Of a stretch of 27,652 nt of DNA, positions 13,683-23,954 are shown piece by piece. The position numbers and the translations under genes were made by a program. The notes under the pieces are model-generated. The model did no database searches, was not told the origin of the DNA, and saw only the letters and a program-made list of their open reading frames with translations. The DNA comes from a virus (Duplodnaviria > Caudoviricetes). How positions within the stretch are numbered: position 1 is the stretch's first letter; each line of letters starts with the position of its first letter. Location: positions 1-27,652 of the IMG/VR virus record IMGVR_UViG_3300020043_005149, one strand, 5' to 3'.

Positions 13683-15341
13683 TTACCTCATGTAAGCAGA
13701 AGGAGGAGCGACACCACGACCTGCGCCAACTTTCTTTGTATAGACCCTGTCAAACAAAGCCTTGGATTCAGGCGAATCTAATGTACCAGAACCCATTGTT
13801 GTCGGTGTCATCAATGCAAAAGGTGTGGCCAATCGTGGGGCTACATTGCCAATAATTAAACCAGTAGCACCTAGACCAAGATCTGACCAATCACCAGTTT
13901 TCTTGCCATGCTTGTAAGCTTCAAACAAAGCTAAAGCACCTAAAGTGTTACCCGCAGTACGAGCCATTACTGCTAAATCAGCAAAACCTTGTTGAGCTTT
14001 AGCAATCTGTGCAGGAGTCTTGGCTTTAGCCATTTCTTCTTGCAAGGCAGTGTGCATTTTATTCAAGTTTTCATCTGTAAAGCGAAAATTCTTAAAGTCA
14101 TCTGCACTCATGTTTGTGCCCATCAACTTATTGGTCATGGACAAAACGTGTTCTTTATTTGGCATACCACCTTTACTTATGCCTTTTTCATTGACATCAA
14201 AAGCCAGTGGTGTGTTTTCAGGCAAGCCACCTTTAACACCATTCAAAATAGCTTGGGCACGTTCAGGGTTTGAGCCATAACCAAAAGTACCAAGCAATTG
14301 GCGTTCAGCGCCAGGGATGGCTTTCTTTTCTGCAGCACTAAAGATGCTAGTTTTAGCTTTAGGTGGAGCAACAGCTTCTTGAGCTTTTTCCACTGCTTGT
14401 GTTGCAGTAGTAATACCTTCAGGAGTAGCTGCAGTGGCCACCACGCTACCCGTAGGACTACCCGCTGAAATAGGAGGTGCGCCAGCAGGTGCAACAGGTG
14501 CGCCAGCAGGTGGCTGAACAGGCGGTGGCAATGGCGACTTAGCTTGTGCAGGTGCAGTATCTGCCACTACAGGCGGTGTCTCAGCCATGTAAGGATTAGG
14601 ACGATTGAAATCTACAGGAGAAGGCGCAACAGGAACTTTAGGTTCTTGTATTGTCCTCATTCCAGATTTTGCATAATCATCAAGTTCAAATGGAATAGGT
14701 GCTGGAGTAGTTGGAGCAATACCAGCCTGTTGTTTAACTGCCGTTTCCATTAAACGCAATTCAGAAGGATCTTTTGCTTTTCGACCAAATGCTTTTTCCA
14801 CATCAGACAATTGGTTTTTAGCTAAGAAAGCTTCATGCTTAACTTGCGCTTGCTGAGTCTTAAATTGCTCACGTTGAAGTCTTAATTCATCAATTTGTTT
14901 TTGTGCTTCAGACGTAGAAATAACAGGACCAGCACCTGATGCAGGTGGAGGTGGAGGAGGTTCACCACCACCAAATAACTTTCTAGCCGCCATGCCCGTA
15001 CCAACTGCGGCAGCTCCACCCAAAGCGGCAGCACCTGGCACTTGTAGCCACTCAGGAATAGCAAAGCTTTGACCTGCTATATCAACAGTAACTTCTTTGC
15101 TTTTCTTGTCGGCTTCACGTTTAGCTCTTTCTTCAGCAGCAAATTCATCAGTCTTTTTACCAAAGCCCTCACTAGGGCCTTCATTGGTAGGTGTGGCCGC
15201 TTCAATAGGTGGACGCTTAAAGTAAGTGTTTGCCCAAGCTTTATGTGATGGATCATCAGATTGATCTAAATGAGTAGCAATATCTTTAAGCTTTGCGCCT
15301 TTACGAACTGCTTCTTCAATTTGTGTATCTAAATCGCTCAT
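13683..15341 (-). CDS. Putative internal virion / DNA ejection protein (552 aa, Pro/Ala-rich)
   Basis: Position after the tail genes; low-complexity and Gly/Ala hydrophobic segments. Confidence 0.65.
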   Translation of the reverse strand: MSDLDTQIEEAVRKGAKLKDIATHLDQSDDPSHKAWANTYFKRPPIEAATPTNEGPSEGFGKKTDEFAAEERAKREADKKSKEVTVDIAGQSFAIPEWLQVPGAAALGGAAAVGTGMAARKLFGGGEPPPPPPASGAGPVISTSEAQKQIDELRLQREQFKTQQAQVKHEAFLAKNQLSDVEKAFGRKAKDPSELRLMETAVKQQAGIAPTTPAPIPFELDDYAKSGMRTIQEPKVPVAPSPVDFNRPNPYMAETPPVVADTAPAQAKSPLPPPVQPPAGAPVAPAGAPPISAGSPTGSVVATAATPEGITTATQAVEKAQEAVAPPKAKTSIFSAAEKKAIPGAERQLLGTFGYGSNPERAQAILNGVKGGLPENTPLAFDVNEKGISKGGMPNKEHVLSMTNKLMGTNMSADDFKNFRFTDENLNKMHTALQEEMAKAKTPAQIAKAQQGFADLAVMARTAGNTLGALALFEAYKHGKKTGDWSDLGLGATGLIIGNVAPRLATPFALMTPTTMGSGTLDSPESKALFDRVYTKKVGAGRGVAPPSAYMR

Positions 15342-16897
15342 TTTTCTTTCCTTTTAATCGGAATCAATGTGTTCAGATCAAGTACTGCAGGAGCGGTTGA
15401 TCCTGATGTGCCAGGTCTTGGCGCAACAGCAGTCTTAGGCTTTGGTGCTACAGGCTTTTCTGCTTTAGCACTTGATTCAAACTTACGAGGTTCAGACAAG
15501 ATTTCTTTTGTCATTCCCAAGTATTTGGCTTGAATGTTTTTATACTCTTCACTGTTTGTAAAAGCATTCTCAATTTCATTAGGCTTTGGAGCTTGACCAG
15601 GCCCATAGTTCTTAATGGATTTATTGTAAAAATTTGTAAAGGCATCCATTACTTCAGCATTAGATGCACCTTGCAAAGCTTGAACACGGCCTCGTGAATA
15701 TTGATCTTCCAAATTAAAAGCAGAAGGCAATGTCAAAAATGTAGGTGTGCCATGTTTACCAACAAGTTCAAGTTGTTCACGACCAATATCTCTAGACAAC
15801 TCTAACGCTCTCAACAATTGAGTTTGATCTGCATCATTTAATTTAGAAGTCTTTAAAAACTTTAGCAAATCAGCTTGTGTCTGGTTAAAGTTCTTAGTGT
15901 TTTCTTGGCTAACATTGTTAGTGTTTTGAGCCATTTCTAAGTCACTAAAACTTTTTGTTTCGCCTTTTTCATTGGTAATTCCACCTTTACCATTAAAACT
16001 CCATGTACCCGCAGGTAAACCAAATTGACTAGCAACTGATTTGCTAACTTGCTCACCCTCTCTAAAACCAACACCTTTTTGGAATTGGTTTAAAAGACTT
16101 TTATTACTACTTTGGGCAGCAGTAGCACCCATAGACTGATTAGCAAATTGAAATACTTTTGCCAATGCATCAGGAGCAATATCTTTGTTTTTAAGATTTG
16201 TAAAGATGTCACTAAGCTCAGTGTACTTAGGTGTCAAAGCAGCAGTTTTGGCACTCCAAGCATTGTTCTTTTCTACATTCTCATTAAGCTTAGTAATGTT
16301 AGTTTTAAGATTCTCTTTTTCTAACAAATTGCCTAATGTGTTCTCCCATGCAGGAAGACCACCACCACGTTTGGCATAGTCAGCCATGCCAATAGGTTGG
16401 CCTGTTTCCAAATCAATAACATCTACTTTTTCACCCAAAGCATTAATTTGTTCTTTGATTTGTTTTCCAAATTTATCAAAAGTAATCCGAGTGGTAATGT
16501 CACCACCCGTAATCATTTTGGCAGCACCTTGCTTGTCACCCAATACATAGCGCAATAAAGCATCACCCCATTGAGGATTGTCTTTAACTGTCTTCCAAGT
16601 ATCAGCAACAGCCATCCGGCCTTCAGGCGTACCCGCTCCACCTGCGGCAGCAATCTTTCCTGTTAGCGAATCAAATTCTTGTAACTTTGAATTAATGTTG
16701 TTAGCTGAAAATAAAGAAATCTGAGACAAAGGTGTGCCAACAGTCTCTTTGGCCAAACTTACCAAAGCTTTTGGATCACGATTGGCAACAGCTACTTCAT
16801 ATTTTTCATCAGGCGTAGCAGGAGGTGCAGGTTGCACATTCTGTTGGGCTACTGGAGCATTAGGCATTACAGCTTCTACAGGCATCTCAATCTCCAA
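15338..16897 (-). CDS. Putative internal virion / DNA ejection protein (519 aa)
   Basis: Helical, Cys-free, typical podovirus position. Confidence 0.65.
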   Translation of the reverse strand: MEIEMPVEAVMPNAPVAQQNVQPAPPATPDEKYEVAVANRDPKALVSLAKETVGTPLSQISLFSANNINSKLQEFDSLTGKIAAAGGAGTPEGRMAVADTWKTVKDNPQWGDALLRYVLGDKQGAAKMITGGDITTRITFDKFGKQIKEQINALGEKVDVIDLETGQPIGMADYAKRGGGLPAWENTLGNLLEKENLKTNITKLNENVEKNNAWSAKTAALTPKYTELSDIFTNLKNKDIAPDALAKVFQFANQSMGATAAQSSNKSLLNQFQKGVGFREGEQVSKSVASQFGLPAGTWSFNGKGGITNEKGETKSFSDLEMAQNTNNVSQENTKNFNQTQADLLKFLKTSKLNDADQTQLLRALELSRDIGREQLELVGKHGTPTFLTLPSAFNLEDQYSRGRVQALQGASNAEVMDAFTNFYNKSIKNYGPGQAPKPNEIENAFTNSEEYKNIQAKYLGMTKEILSEPRKFESSAKAEKPVAPKPKTAVAPRPGTSGSTAPAVLDLNTLIPIKRKEK

Positions 16898-17317
16898 TTA
16901 AATGTTTGGTTTCCAACCCCATGCAGACCTAACTTGTTCATCATCATTAGGTTGCATTGTTGGATTCATTGTTGTCATTGCATTAGGCAAACCATAAGGT
17001 TTATATGCTTTACCTATAGGTGCTGTCATTGATGGAGGTTGAACCCCATACGACATAGAAGGCGGTTTAACTGCTTCTTGCATTGGTGCTTGCATTCCAT
17101 AATCAGGAGTTGGCATAACACCACCGGATGGCGTGTAATCAGCAGGTAATTGCTCTTTTTTACCAAAAGTACTATTTAACCAATCTCTTAAACCTGACTC
17201 TTGAATTCCATATCCAATAGCCATATTTTTGGCAGCAGACAAAGCTTCACCAAGGGGGCCTGGTGGCAATGATGTCCAACTAGCGAATTCCGATCCAAGT
17301 GCTGCTTTTTCTGCCAT
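16898..17317 (-). CDS. Putative virion protein (Pro/Met-rich)
   Basis: TAAGGA SD; operon context. Confidence 0.65.
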   Translation of the reverse strand: MAEKAALGSEFASWTSLPPGPLGEALSAAKNMAIGYGIQESGLRDWLNSTFGKKEQLPADYTPSGGVMPTPDYGMQAPMQEAVKPPSMSYGVQPPSMTAPIGKAYKPYGLPNAMTTMNPTMQPNDDEQVRSAWGWKPNI

Positions 17318-17326
17318 GATGTTTCC

Positions 17327-18031
17327 TTAAATGCGGAAGCCTTTGCTTGATGTATTGGCTCCTTGAGTTCCAGAAAAATTAGGTGTTGTGGATGCCTGAG
17401 GCGTACCATAAACAATGCCAGCATATTTAGAATACAAGTCCATAGGTGCAGTTGAATAACCAACTCGCTGACCTGCGGCTGATAAACCAGTTCCCAACAA
17501 TTGTTGACCTGATCCCATAATTGCTTGAGCCGCTTGTGAACGATTAGCCTGAACTTGAGCTTGTGCGCCAGCAGCAGCAGTAGCTTGTCGTTGAGCATTT
17601 AAAGAAGATAGATTCCTGTCAGCCAAAGCCATGCGAGATGAACCTAGACCGCCTGAGGCTCCATACATGGCATTTTGACCTGCTTGTGATTCACGGGCAG
17701 ATTCACGACCTGCTTGCAAGGCGGCATTAATTTGCCCTTGTTCATAATCAGGCTGAAACAACTCGGTAAGTGTTCCTGTACCCGCATTAATCATATTCCT
17801 TGCGCCAGTTACAGCTTCTTTAGAAACTGTACCTGCTTGATCAAAAGCATCTAAAGCAGCTTTATTTTGATATCCCTGAACATCACGCAAAACAGTACCA
17901 GCATCACCAATTGTCTTTTGGTAAGCTGGCAAAAATGTTTCTTTTAGAGCAGTAGTTTGTAAGCCTAAAAGTTCTTTTTGTTCTGGCGTTAGTACGGCTT
18001 GTGACGAACCTGAAGATTTACCCATTCCCAT
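17327..18031 (-). CDS. Putative DNA transfer / pilot protein
   Basis: MGMGKSSGSS N-terminus; Ala/Gln/Gly-rich; GGLGSSR motif. Confidence 0.65.
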   Translation of the reverse strand: MGMGKSSGSSQAVLTPEQKELLGLQTTALKETFLPAYQKTIGDAGTVLRDVQGYQNKAALDAFDQAGTVSKEAVTGARNMINAGTGTLTELFQPDYEQGQINAALQAGRESARESQAGQNAMYGASGGLGSSRMALADRNLSSLNAQRQATAAAGAQAQVQANRSQAAQAIMGSGQQLLGTGLSAAGQRVGYSTAPMDLYSKYAGIVYGTPQASTTPNFSGTQGANTSSKGFRI

Positions 18032-18033
18032 GA

Positions 18034-18405
18034 TTAGACTCCTTTACCAGACATTTTAAAAGGCTGAAAACCCATGCCCTTAGATTGATTAGATTGATTA
18101 TCCCATGGTTGCATGGTGTTTGAATAGGCATTAGGCATACCTAATTGAGGCTGACCACCTTGGCCTGGCATGGTTATTTTTCCACCCATTAACCCACCTA
18201 AAGGTGGTCCCATGTTGTCTTGGGGCATTTGATTGCCTTGAGGAAAACTAGGTTGCTCCATCTGAAGTTGTTGCATTTTCATCATTTGCTCTTCAGGAGG
18301 AGTCTGAATAGGGTTTTGCCCCATTTGCATGGCAGACATTCCCGCACCCTTACCCGCAGGGTTAGAGGATTGAGGAGACTGCAATTGTGCTGAAAAACCG
18401 CCCAT
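18034..18405 (-). CDS. Gln/Met/Gly/Pro-rich hypothetical virion-associated protein
   Basis: Coupled ORF, low complexity. Confidence 0.65.
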   Translation of the reverse strand: MGGFSAQLQSPQSSNPAGKGAGMSAMQMGQNPIQTPPEEQMMKMQQLQMEQPSFPQGNQMPQDNMGPPLGGLMGGKITMPGQGGQPQLGMPNAYSNTMQPWDNQSNQSKGMGFQPFKMSGKGV

Positions 18406-18407
18406 AT

Positions 18408-20465
18408 TTATGCCTTTAATTGCGCTTTTAACGCCTCAACTTCTGTTGATAATTCTTGAATTGCTTTAGTTAAAACAGCAATATAAGACGGGTAATGAAT
18501 GGTTTTAAAGCCAATTTCATCACCAACTTTCCAATCTGGCTCTTCATAAACTAATGAAGAACCACTTTCAATAATATTTTCAACTTCATCAGCAATAAAT
18601 CCATATCCTTTTTGGTGCTTTGGATCAGCTTTAAGCTTATATGAGACAGGACGCAATTGTTTAACAAAAGCCAAACCTAAATCACAATTAGTAATTTCTT
18701 CTTTTAAACGAATATCAGATGGGCTTGTTGTTGTTACTTCAATAGTAACTGTATTGCCTGTACCGGATGTTGCGACATAAGCACCAACAATACCTGTAGA
18801 TGCAGAACCAAGAATATTTAAACCAGATCCACCAGCATTGGCAGTTCCTGAATTGGTTGGAAAAATCCTAGCCCAAGATGAGGCGGCATAACCACCCATT
18901 GCATCTACTGTAGTCCACTGGCCATCATTTCTAAGAAATGTTGTTGTTGAACCAGTTGGTTGGGCAATTGTGTACGCACCCCAAGCAAATGTTCCTTGAT
19001 TAATTTGAAACGCTCTGCTTGCTCCAGAGGCAGCATTGCAAACAAGTCCAACACCAGAAGTAAGGGTTGAAGCAAAATAACCGCCAATATTATTGCTAGA
19101 ACCAACAACTCCAATTCCTGTGCTACCAGGCACACTTGATGGTGTTGTGCCATATCCAATAACACCAACATTAATAATGCTTCCACTAGAAGTAGCAGTA
19201 CCTAATACACCTGAACGCACATTTCCTAATGCTGCGCTTGTTGTTCCATCACCAAAAGTGGAATAGTCAATAAAGTAAAGACTGTCGTAAACAGGAATAG
19301 TTGTAGAAGTAGGGTTGTCACCCTTAAACACTGCATCACCATTAGTAGTAATGTCAGCCCTAAAAACGCCATTATTAAAGTAGACGTTACCTGTTGTTCT
19401 GCTTATGTAATAACCTGCCGTGCCATAAGTAGCAGGTGTTCCATATGTTGGCGGTGTTGAGCCATTCCAGTTATCAGATCTGATGTCTTGAAAAATAGAG
19501 GCGGCAGTAGGTGTTCCCCAAGCAGTTTGCCCAGAAGGAACACCATCTAATGTTGCTGCACTAGAGTTATAGCGACCAAAAGAATACCAAAGAACATCTC
19601 CAACAGAAACAGTAGGAGCAGTCAAAGACCATCCAGATGGGGCGGTTGGACCAGTTGTATTAGAAGGTGTTGCAGGAGCAGCAGAAGATTGACTTTGCGC
19701 CCTGTAAGCAGTTAACGCACTAATACCATTTCCGCCAGTTGATCCCGTTGCTCCATTAGATGAAAACGCATAAATTGGATAAGACACATTTGTCCAATCC
19801 AAAGTAGAAGTTACTGTATTGGCATTAACAACCAAAGGAATAGTAATAGCCCACAAAAAACTACCTGGCGTTGTGTTTGTTATTGGCTCTGTTGTCCACC
19901 CGCTAGGGGCCGTATAAGCCCCTGTAGCCCATGTATATGTTGATGTGGTGCTAGGACGGGTTGGTGGTGTAGAAGAGGCCGTCCAAATGTAAATAGATGG
20001 TGCAGCAGTGTTATATGCCGTAGTTGTGGTCACCACATCTAAATCAATTGAAGCACCTGTTTCTTGCAAATAAGTGGAATTAGGAGCAGTTGTTCCTACA
20101 AAGAAATTAATCTGCCGACCGCCATTTGTTTGATAAAACAAAAATTTAGTAGTGCCAAATCCACCTGCAGCTAAAAACCAAATGTAGTCAGCAGGGTTTG
20201 TTGACTCTACAGAACTGTTTGTATTTCTCAATCCATAGTACAAACGATTTGTTGGACTGTTACTAAAATTTAAAGTACCATCAAAACTATCAGCATATTT
20301 GACAGCAATATACTGATATAAATAAGCAATGATCACACCCGATGGACCACTAATCTGACCATTATTAGGATCGGCAGATAAGTTAGGTCCAAAGTTAGCC
20401 AATAAATAATTAATGGCCTCGGAAATCTCCGATTGGGATGGATCACTATTTAGTGCGAATGGCAT
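18408..20465 (-). CDS. Tail fibre/spike with C-terminal intramolecular chaperone (Peptidase_S74)
   Basis: S/T/G-rich body; SDIRLKEEI...LRPVSY...YGFIADEV...LTKAIQELSTEVEALK. Confidence 0.85.
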   Translation of the reverse strand: MPFALNSDPSQSEISEAINYLLANFGPNLSADPNNGQISGPSGVIIAYLYQYIAVKYADSFDGTLNFSNSPTNRLYYGLRNTNSSVESTNPADYIWFLAAGGFGTTKFLFYQTNGGRQINFFVGTTAPNSTYLQETGASIDLDVVTTTTAYNTAAPSIYIWTASSTPPTRPSTTSTYTWATGAYTAPSGWTTEPITNTTPGSFLWAITIPLVVNANTVTSTLDWTNVSYPIYAFSSNGATGSTGGNGISALTAYRAQSQSSAAPATPSNTTGPTAPSGWSLTAPTVSVGDVLWYSFGRYNSSAATLDGVPSGQTAWGTPTAASIFQDIRSDNWNGSTPPTYGTPATYGTAGYYISRTTGNVYFNNGVFRADITTNGDAVFKGDNPTSTTIPVYDSLYFIDYSTFGDGTTSAALGNVRSGVLGTATSSGSIINVGVIGYGTTPSSVPGSTGIGVVGSSNNIGGYFASTLTSGVGLVCNAASGASRAFQINQGTFAWGAYTIAQPTGSTTTFLRNDGQWTTVDAMGGYAASSWARIFPTNSGTANAGGSGLNILGSASTGIVGAYVATSGTGNTVTIEVTTTSPSDIRLKEEITNCDLGLAFVKQLRPVSYKLKADPKHQKGYGFIADEVENIIESGSSLVYEEPDWKVGDEIGFKTIHYPSYIAVLTKAIQELSTEVEALKAQLKA

Positions 20466-22084
20466 TAGAAAGCATCCTCAGTCACAGTTGCTTGCATATT
20501 TAATGCGCTCATTTTCCATGTGTTAGTGGCATCGTTTGAGCCAAATTTAACTGCCACAGTACGAAATGTATTTTGCTGAGTAGGAACCCAAGGTGTATCA
20601 GTATCAATTGTGGTTACACCTGTCTCACCATAAACAGAAGTTTGAGCGGTCGAATTAGCACCGCCCACAGTAATATTGATTGCACCCGTACCTGCTATTT
20701 CAGGCAAAACTCGGTGAATATAGACTTTTGAAGAATAAGGAACAGGACCATTGGCAGTCTGCAAAGCAATGTTAGTACGCTCAAACTCAGAATCAATGGC
20801 AGAACCTACAAATGAGTTACCAATGGCTGTCTCTACCAACCTAGAGTTATCAATACCTCCACGGGCATATACAACGGCTCTAGAAGACAAATTGTAGTAA
20901 TCAGGTGATGAGTCTACCCAACGAGGTCCTTCAGTGCCCATACAAGCGTTTTGGACATCTTTAGGAGCATTCCAAACCTGTAAGTCATATCTCCAAGACA
21001 ACATTTTGTTACACCATCCTGTGGAGGTCAAATCAGGATAGTAAATTTCAATCTGAGACTTTTGGGTGTTGTTAACCATAAAAATCCGATTTCCATAAAC
21101 AGGACTTAGGTTAGCAAAGAAGTAATTCTTAACTTTTTGGTTTCCCAAAGAAGTAAATTCAGATCCATTAAACACCCAAATATCACGAGCATCTACGCCA
21201 TAAACATTGGCATCAGTATTTGACCAACAATTATTGTTAATTAATCCTCGACCTTGGTTTAATAATCGAACACCAAATATTGGAGCGGTGGTATTTTGAT
21301 AAGAAATAGGTGAAAAAACTACTGTATCCCAATAAGAACACACATAAAAATTGCTTCCAAGGAAAAATCCATCAATCAATGGACCACGAACAGGCACTTC
21401 TTGCTCGTTAGCCACGTTAGAAAGAGTAGGTTCCCATGTAACTGGATAGCCTTGATTGGCAAAAGCTTGCGACCACCTGACAGTTGTTGGGTAGTTATAA
21501 GTCGTACCACCAATAACTTTGGTTAAATTTCCCGAAATAAGGATGTTTCCCACATTGGGGGAGCAGAAATTACGAACAAATGCTGCTCTTGTAGACGTTA
21601 CGCCAACATCATAATTCCATGATGCATCAGGAGTTACTGTAATTTCATTGCCTGTTGGCAAGAAATACATTGGATTTTGAATGGTGTCATTAATAAAAAA
21701 GACATTTCCAACCCAAGAAGTGGTGATATTTATATCTTCTGTATATCCGGCAATAAAGGCAGAAGGATTAGCCCCCACGCCTGGCGTTATGTTAGATATA
21801 CCCGTGGCAGTAATCATAAACCATTTACCTTGGTTAGATGAATTACGGGTTGCTACGATATACACCCAAGAAGTTTCTGATCTAAACCCACCTTCCATAA
21901 AGATGGGCATATCAGTAATGGTAGAAGCAATCTGAATCTCACCAAAGATCTTCTTAATGCAACGCACATCAGCTTCAATGTTCTTCCCGCTGTTGTACTC
22001 ATTTGGGCCTAAAGCGTTACTAGGCACATCAGGAGTAAAACTCATTGATGTAAATGGAGTACGGAGGCGGGAATAATCGCTCAT
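20465..22084 (-). CDS. Tail hub / packaged-DNA stabilization protein (P22 gp10-like)
   Basis: 539 aa and beta-propeller-like (TTVRWSQA, LSWRYDLQVW); lies upstream of the fibre and ejection genes. Confidence 0.7.
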   Translation of the reverse strand: MSDYSRLRTPFTSMSFTPDVPSNALGPNEYNSGKNIEADVRCIKKIFGEIQIASTITDMPIFMEGGFRSETSWVYIVATRNSSNQGKWFMITATGISNITPGVGANPSAFIAGYTEDINITTSWVGNVFFINDTIQNPMYFLPTGNEITVTPDASWNYDVGVTSTRAAFVRNFCSPNVGNILISGNLTKVIGGTTYNYPTTVRWSQAFANQGYPVTWEPTLSNVANEQEVPVRGPLIDGFFLGSNFYVCSYWDTVVFSPISYQNTTAPIFGVRLLNQGRGLINNNCWSNTDANVYGVDARDIWVFNGSEFTSLGNQKVKNYFFANLSPVYGNRIFMVNNTQKSQIEIYYPDLTSTGWCNKMLSWRYDLQVWNAPKDVQNACMGTEGPRWVDSSPDYYNLSSRAVVYARGGIDNSRLVETAIGNSFVGSAIDSEFERTNIALQTANGPVPYSSKVYIHRVLPEIAGTGAINITVGGANSTAQTSVYGETGVTTIDTDTPWVPTQQNTFRTVAVKFGSNDATNTWKMSALNMQATVTEDAF

Positions 22085-23136
22085 GTCACTTCTTCCATCT
22101 GCGAAAGATTGGTCAATAGACGGGTGTCTGTAGGGTTGAATTCTAAAGCTTTCTTACAGAATTCGATAGCCTGTTCTTTCAATCCAAGCCTCCAAGCTGC
22201 AATACTTGCATAATCGTATGGTTTTTCAGTCCAAACGCTTGGGTCCATTGTGTAAACGGCCTGTTTATCTTTAATATTTAAAGCTGAAAGAGCAGCACCA
22301 TAACTCTCAGGCCACATACTTAACCTGTAAGTTACAGTTGCCAATTCACACCATGGCTCACGGGTATCAGGGGCTTCAGCACAAGCTAATCTGTACCATT
22401 TCAAACCCTCGTGAATCAAACCCAATTCTTCATGGCATTTACCCAATAACCGCATGGCATAACACCGCTCATTAGGCCAAGTAGCTTCAGGCATGGCTAG
22501 ATATCGATTTAATGCCGTTATAGCGTCTTGCCAACGGGAATAGAAGGTTAGCTCCCGTGCATGGTAAAAAGCGTTTCTAGGGCAGTGTGGATCTTCTTTG
22601 ATAGCCAATTCAAGCAATGGCATATATTGGCCACGAGACTTGGTTGGGTCAGGATGGTGGCTGACCAAAAGCATATCTGTATGGGCATAGATTTCATTAG
22701 TTCTGCCATCAGGACGGGGATATTCATGGACAGGGTGATGCCAATGATATCCATGGCGGTGGTGGATTTTCTCGTAAAAAAACGATATTCCAGAACCCCA
22801 ATCAAATTTGTATCTCAAGCGAGTTGTTTCAGCAGTCCAAACCCGCTCAATCTCTTCCCGCCAACCTTCTTCCATAACTTCATCAAGATCTAATGAAATA
22901 CAGACATCAAAATCACGGGGAATCATTGCAAGGGCAGCATCCCTAGCTTTATCAAACCGCCACGGGCTGATGCAAATATCATGCACTTTTGCGCCACATT
23001 CCAATGCTAGTTTTACAGTGTCATCAGTAGAGCCTGTATCTGCAATCAGAATCAGGTCTGCATCTTTAGCTGAATCACAAAAACGCTGAACAAATTGCTC
23101 TTCGTTTTTGGATATGGCGTATACGGCTATTTTCAT
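22081..23136 (-). CDS. Family 2 glycosyltransferase with C-terminal TPR repeats
   Basis: AISKNEE, ADTGSTDDT, FDKARD, SLDLDE (DxD) and PVHEYP; TPR-like helices. Confidence 0.9.
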   Translation of the reverse strand: MKIAVYAISKNEEQFVQRFCDSAKDADLILIADTGSTDDTVKLALECGAKVHDICISPWRFDKARDAALAMIPRDFDVCISLDLDEVMEEGWREEIERVWTAETTRLRYKFDWGSGISFFYEKIHHRHGYHWHHPVHEYPRPDGRTNEIYAHTDMLLVSHHPDPTKSRGQYMPLLELAIKEDPHCPRNAFYHARELTFYSRWQDAITALNRYLAMPEATWPNERCYAMRLLGKCHEELGLIHEGLKWYRLACAEAPDTREPWCELATVTYRLSMWPESYGAALSALNIKDKQAVYTMDPSVWTEKPYDYASIAAWRLGLKEQAIEFCKKALEFNPTDTRLLTNLSQMEEVT

Positions 23137-23165
23137 TGCTATTCCTATATTATTAAATTGTTATT

Positions 23166-23954
23166 TCAACCCACGCCCATTTGTTTGCGTATTTTGGTTG
23201 CTGAAATAGCGTGTGTAGCATCATCAAAAGACTCCTGCTCAATCTTGTAGCCCACATCCCTGCCGTATGTAATATTCACCACATTAGGCACAAGCTGGAT
23301 CTCATACTGACCTTGGTATAGTGGATCAAGGTCACGTTTGATAAAGTCTTTAACCTGATTGGCAGCAAAAGGGTTTGAGCCGTTCCATCCTTGACAATCT
23401 CTGATCTGGATGACTACCTGACCAGTTTTGGCCAAGGCTCTTTCAAACAACTTGCGGTGGCCTTCATGCCAAGGTTGCCATCTGCCAAGCATTTGGACTG
23501 TCTCTTTCTGCCAATCAAAGACAGGGCGTTTCCGGTTGTCCAAAATGCCAGCAGCAATGAACTCACCCCACTTTTCAGCGTTTTGCTCTGTGATTCTGAA
23601 ATCGTACTGCTCTGGCGCAACAAACACCTTGTTGGTGTCTTCAAAACGGCCTTGGTTGATAGTGTCAACCCAAACAGTCCAATCTGCCTTGAAGTTGTTA
23701 CGCATTTCAACCAGAGGGGCAACAAAGTCGCAGATCACATAATCCACATCGTAACTGTCAGCCAAATCACGCATTCTTAGGCTTTGGCGAATACGGCCTT
23801 CATGGGAAAAGTCCCAATCGTTGTATTTCTTACGCACATCATCAGCATTCAGCCACATGACTGTTTTGCGCTCGGCTTGCAAGTGATCAAGAATGTGTTG
23901 TGCAAGGTAAGTTTTACCAGCACCAGGCAAGCCCATAATCAATATGCGTTTCAT
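23166..23954 (-). CDS. Adenylylsulfate-kinase-like P-loop domain fused to an HxGH nucleotidyltransferase domain
   Basis: GLPGAGKT, LNADDVR, DFSHEGRIRQ and FVAP; then GRWQPWHEGH...ISATKIR. Confidence 0.85.
   Translation of the reverse strand: MKRILIMGLPGAGKTYLAQHILDHLQAERKTVMWLNADDVRKKYNDWDFSHEGRIRQSLRMRDLADSYDVDYVICDFVAPLVEMRNNFKADWTVWVDTINQGRFEDTNKVFVAPEQYDFRITEQNAEKWGEFIAAGILDNRKRPVFDWQKETVQMLGRWQPWHEGHRKLFERALAKTGQVVIQIRDCQGWNGSNPFAANQVKDFIKRDLDPLYQGQYEIQLVPNVVNITYGRDVGYKIEQESFDDATHAISATKIRKQMGVG

Noticed and set aside
14243-17598. Same-strand alternative-frame ORFs in virion genes (14243-14494, 14882-15064, 17188-17598)
   Set aside because: These Leu/Gln-rich translations are the expected by-product of NNT/NNA codon bias in Ala/Pro-rich genes. 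They have no evident RBS, unlike the nested MTase ORF.
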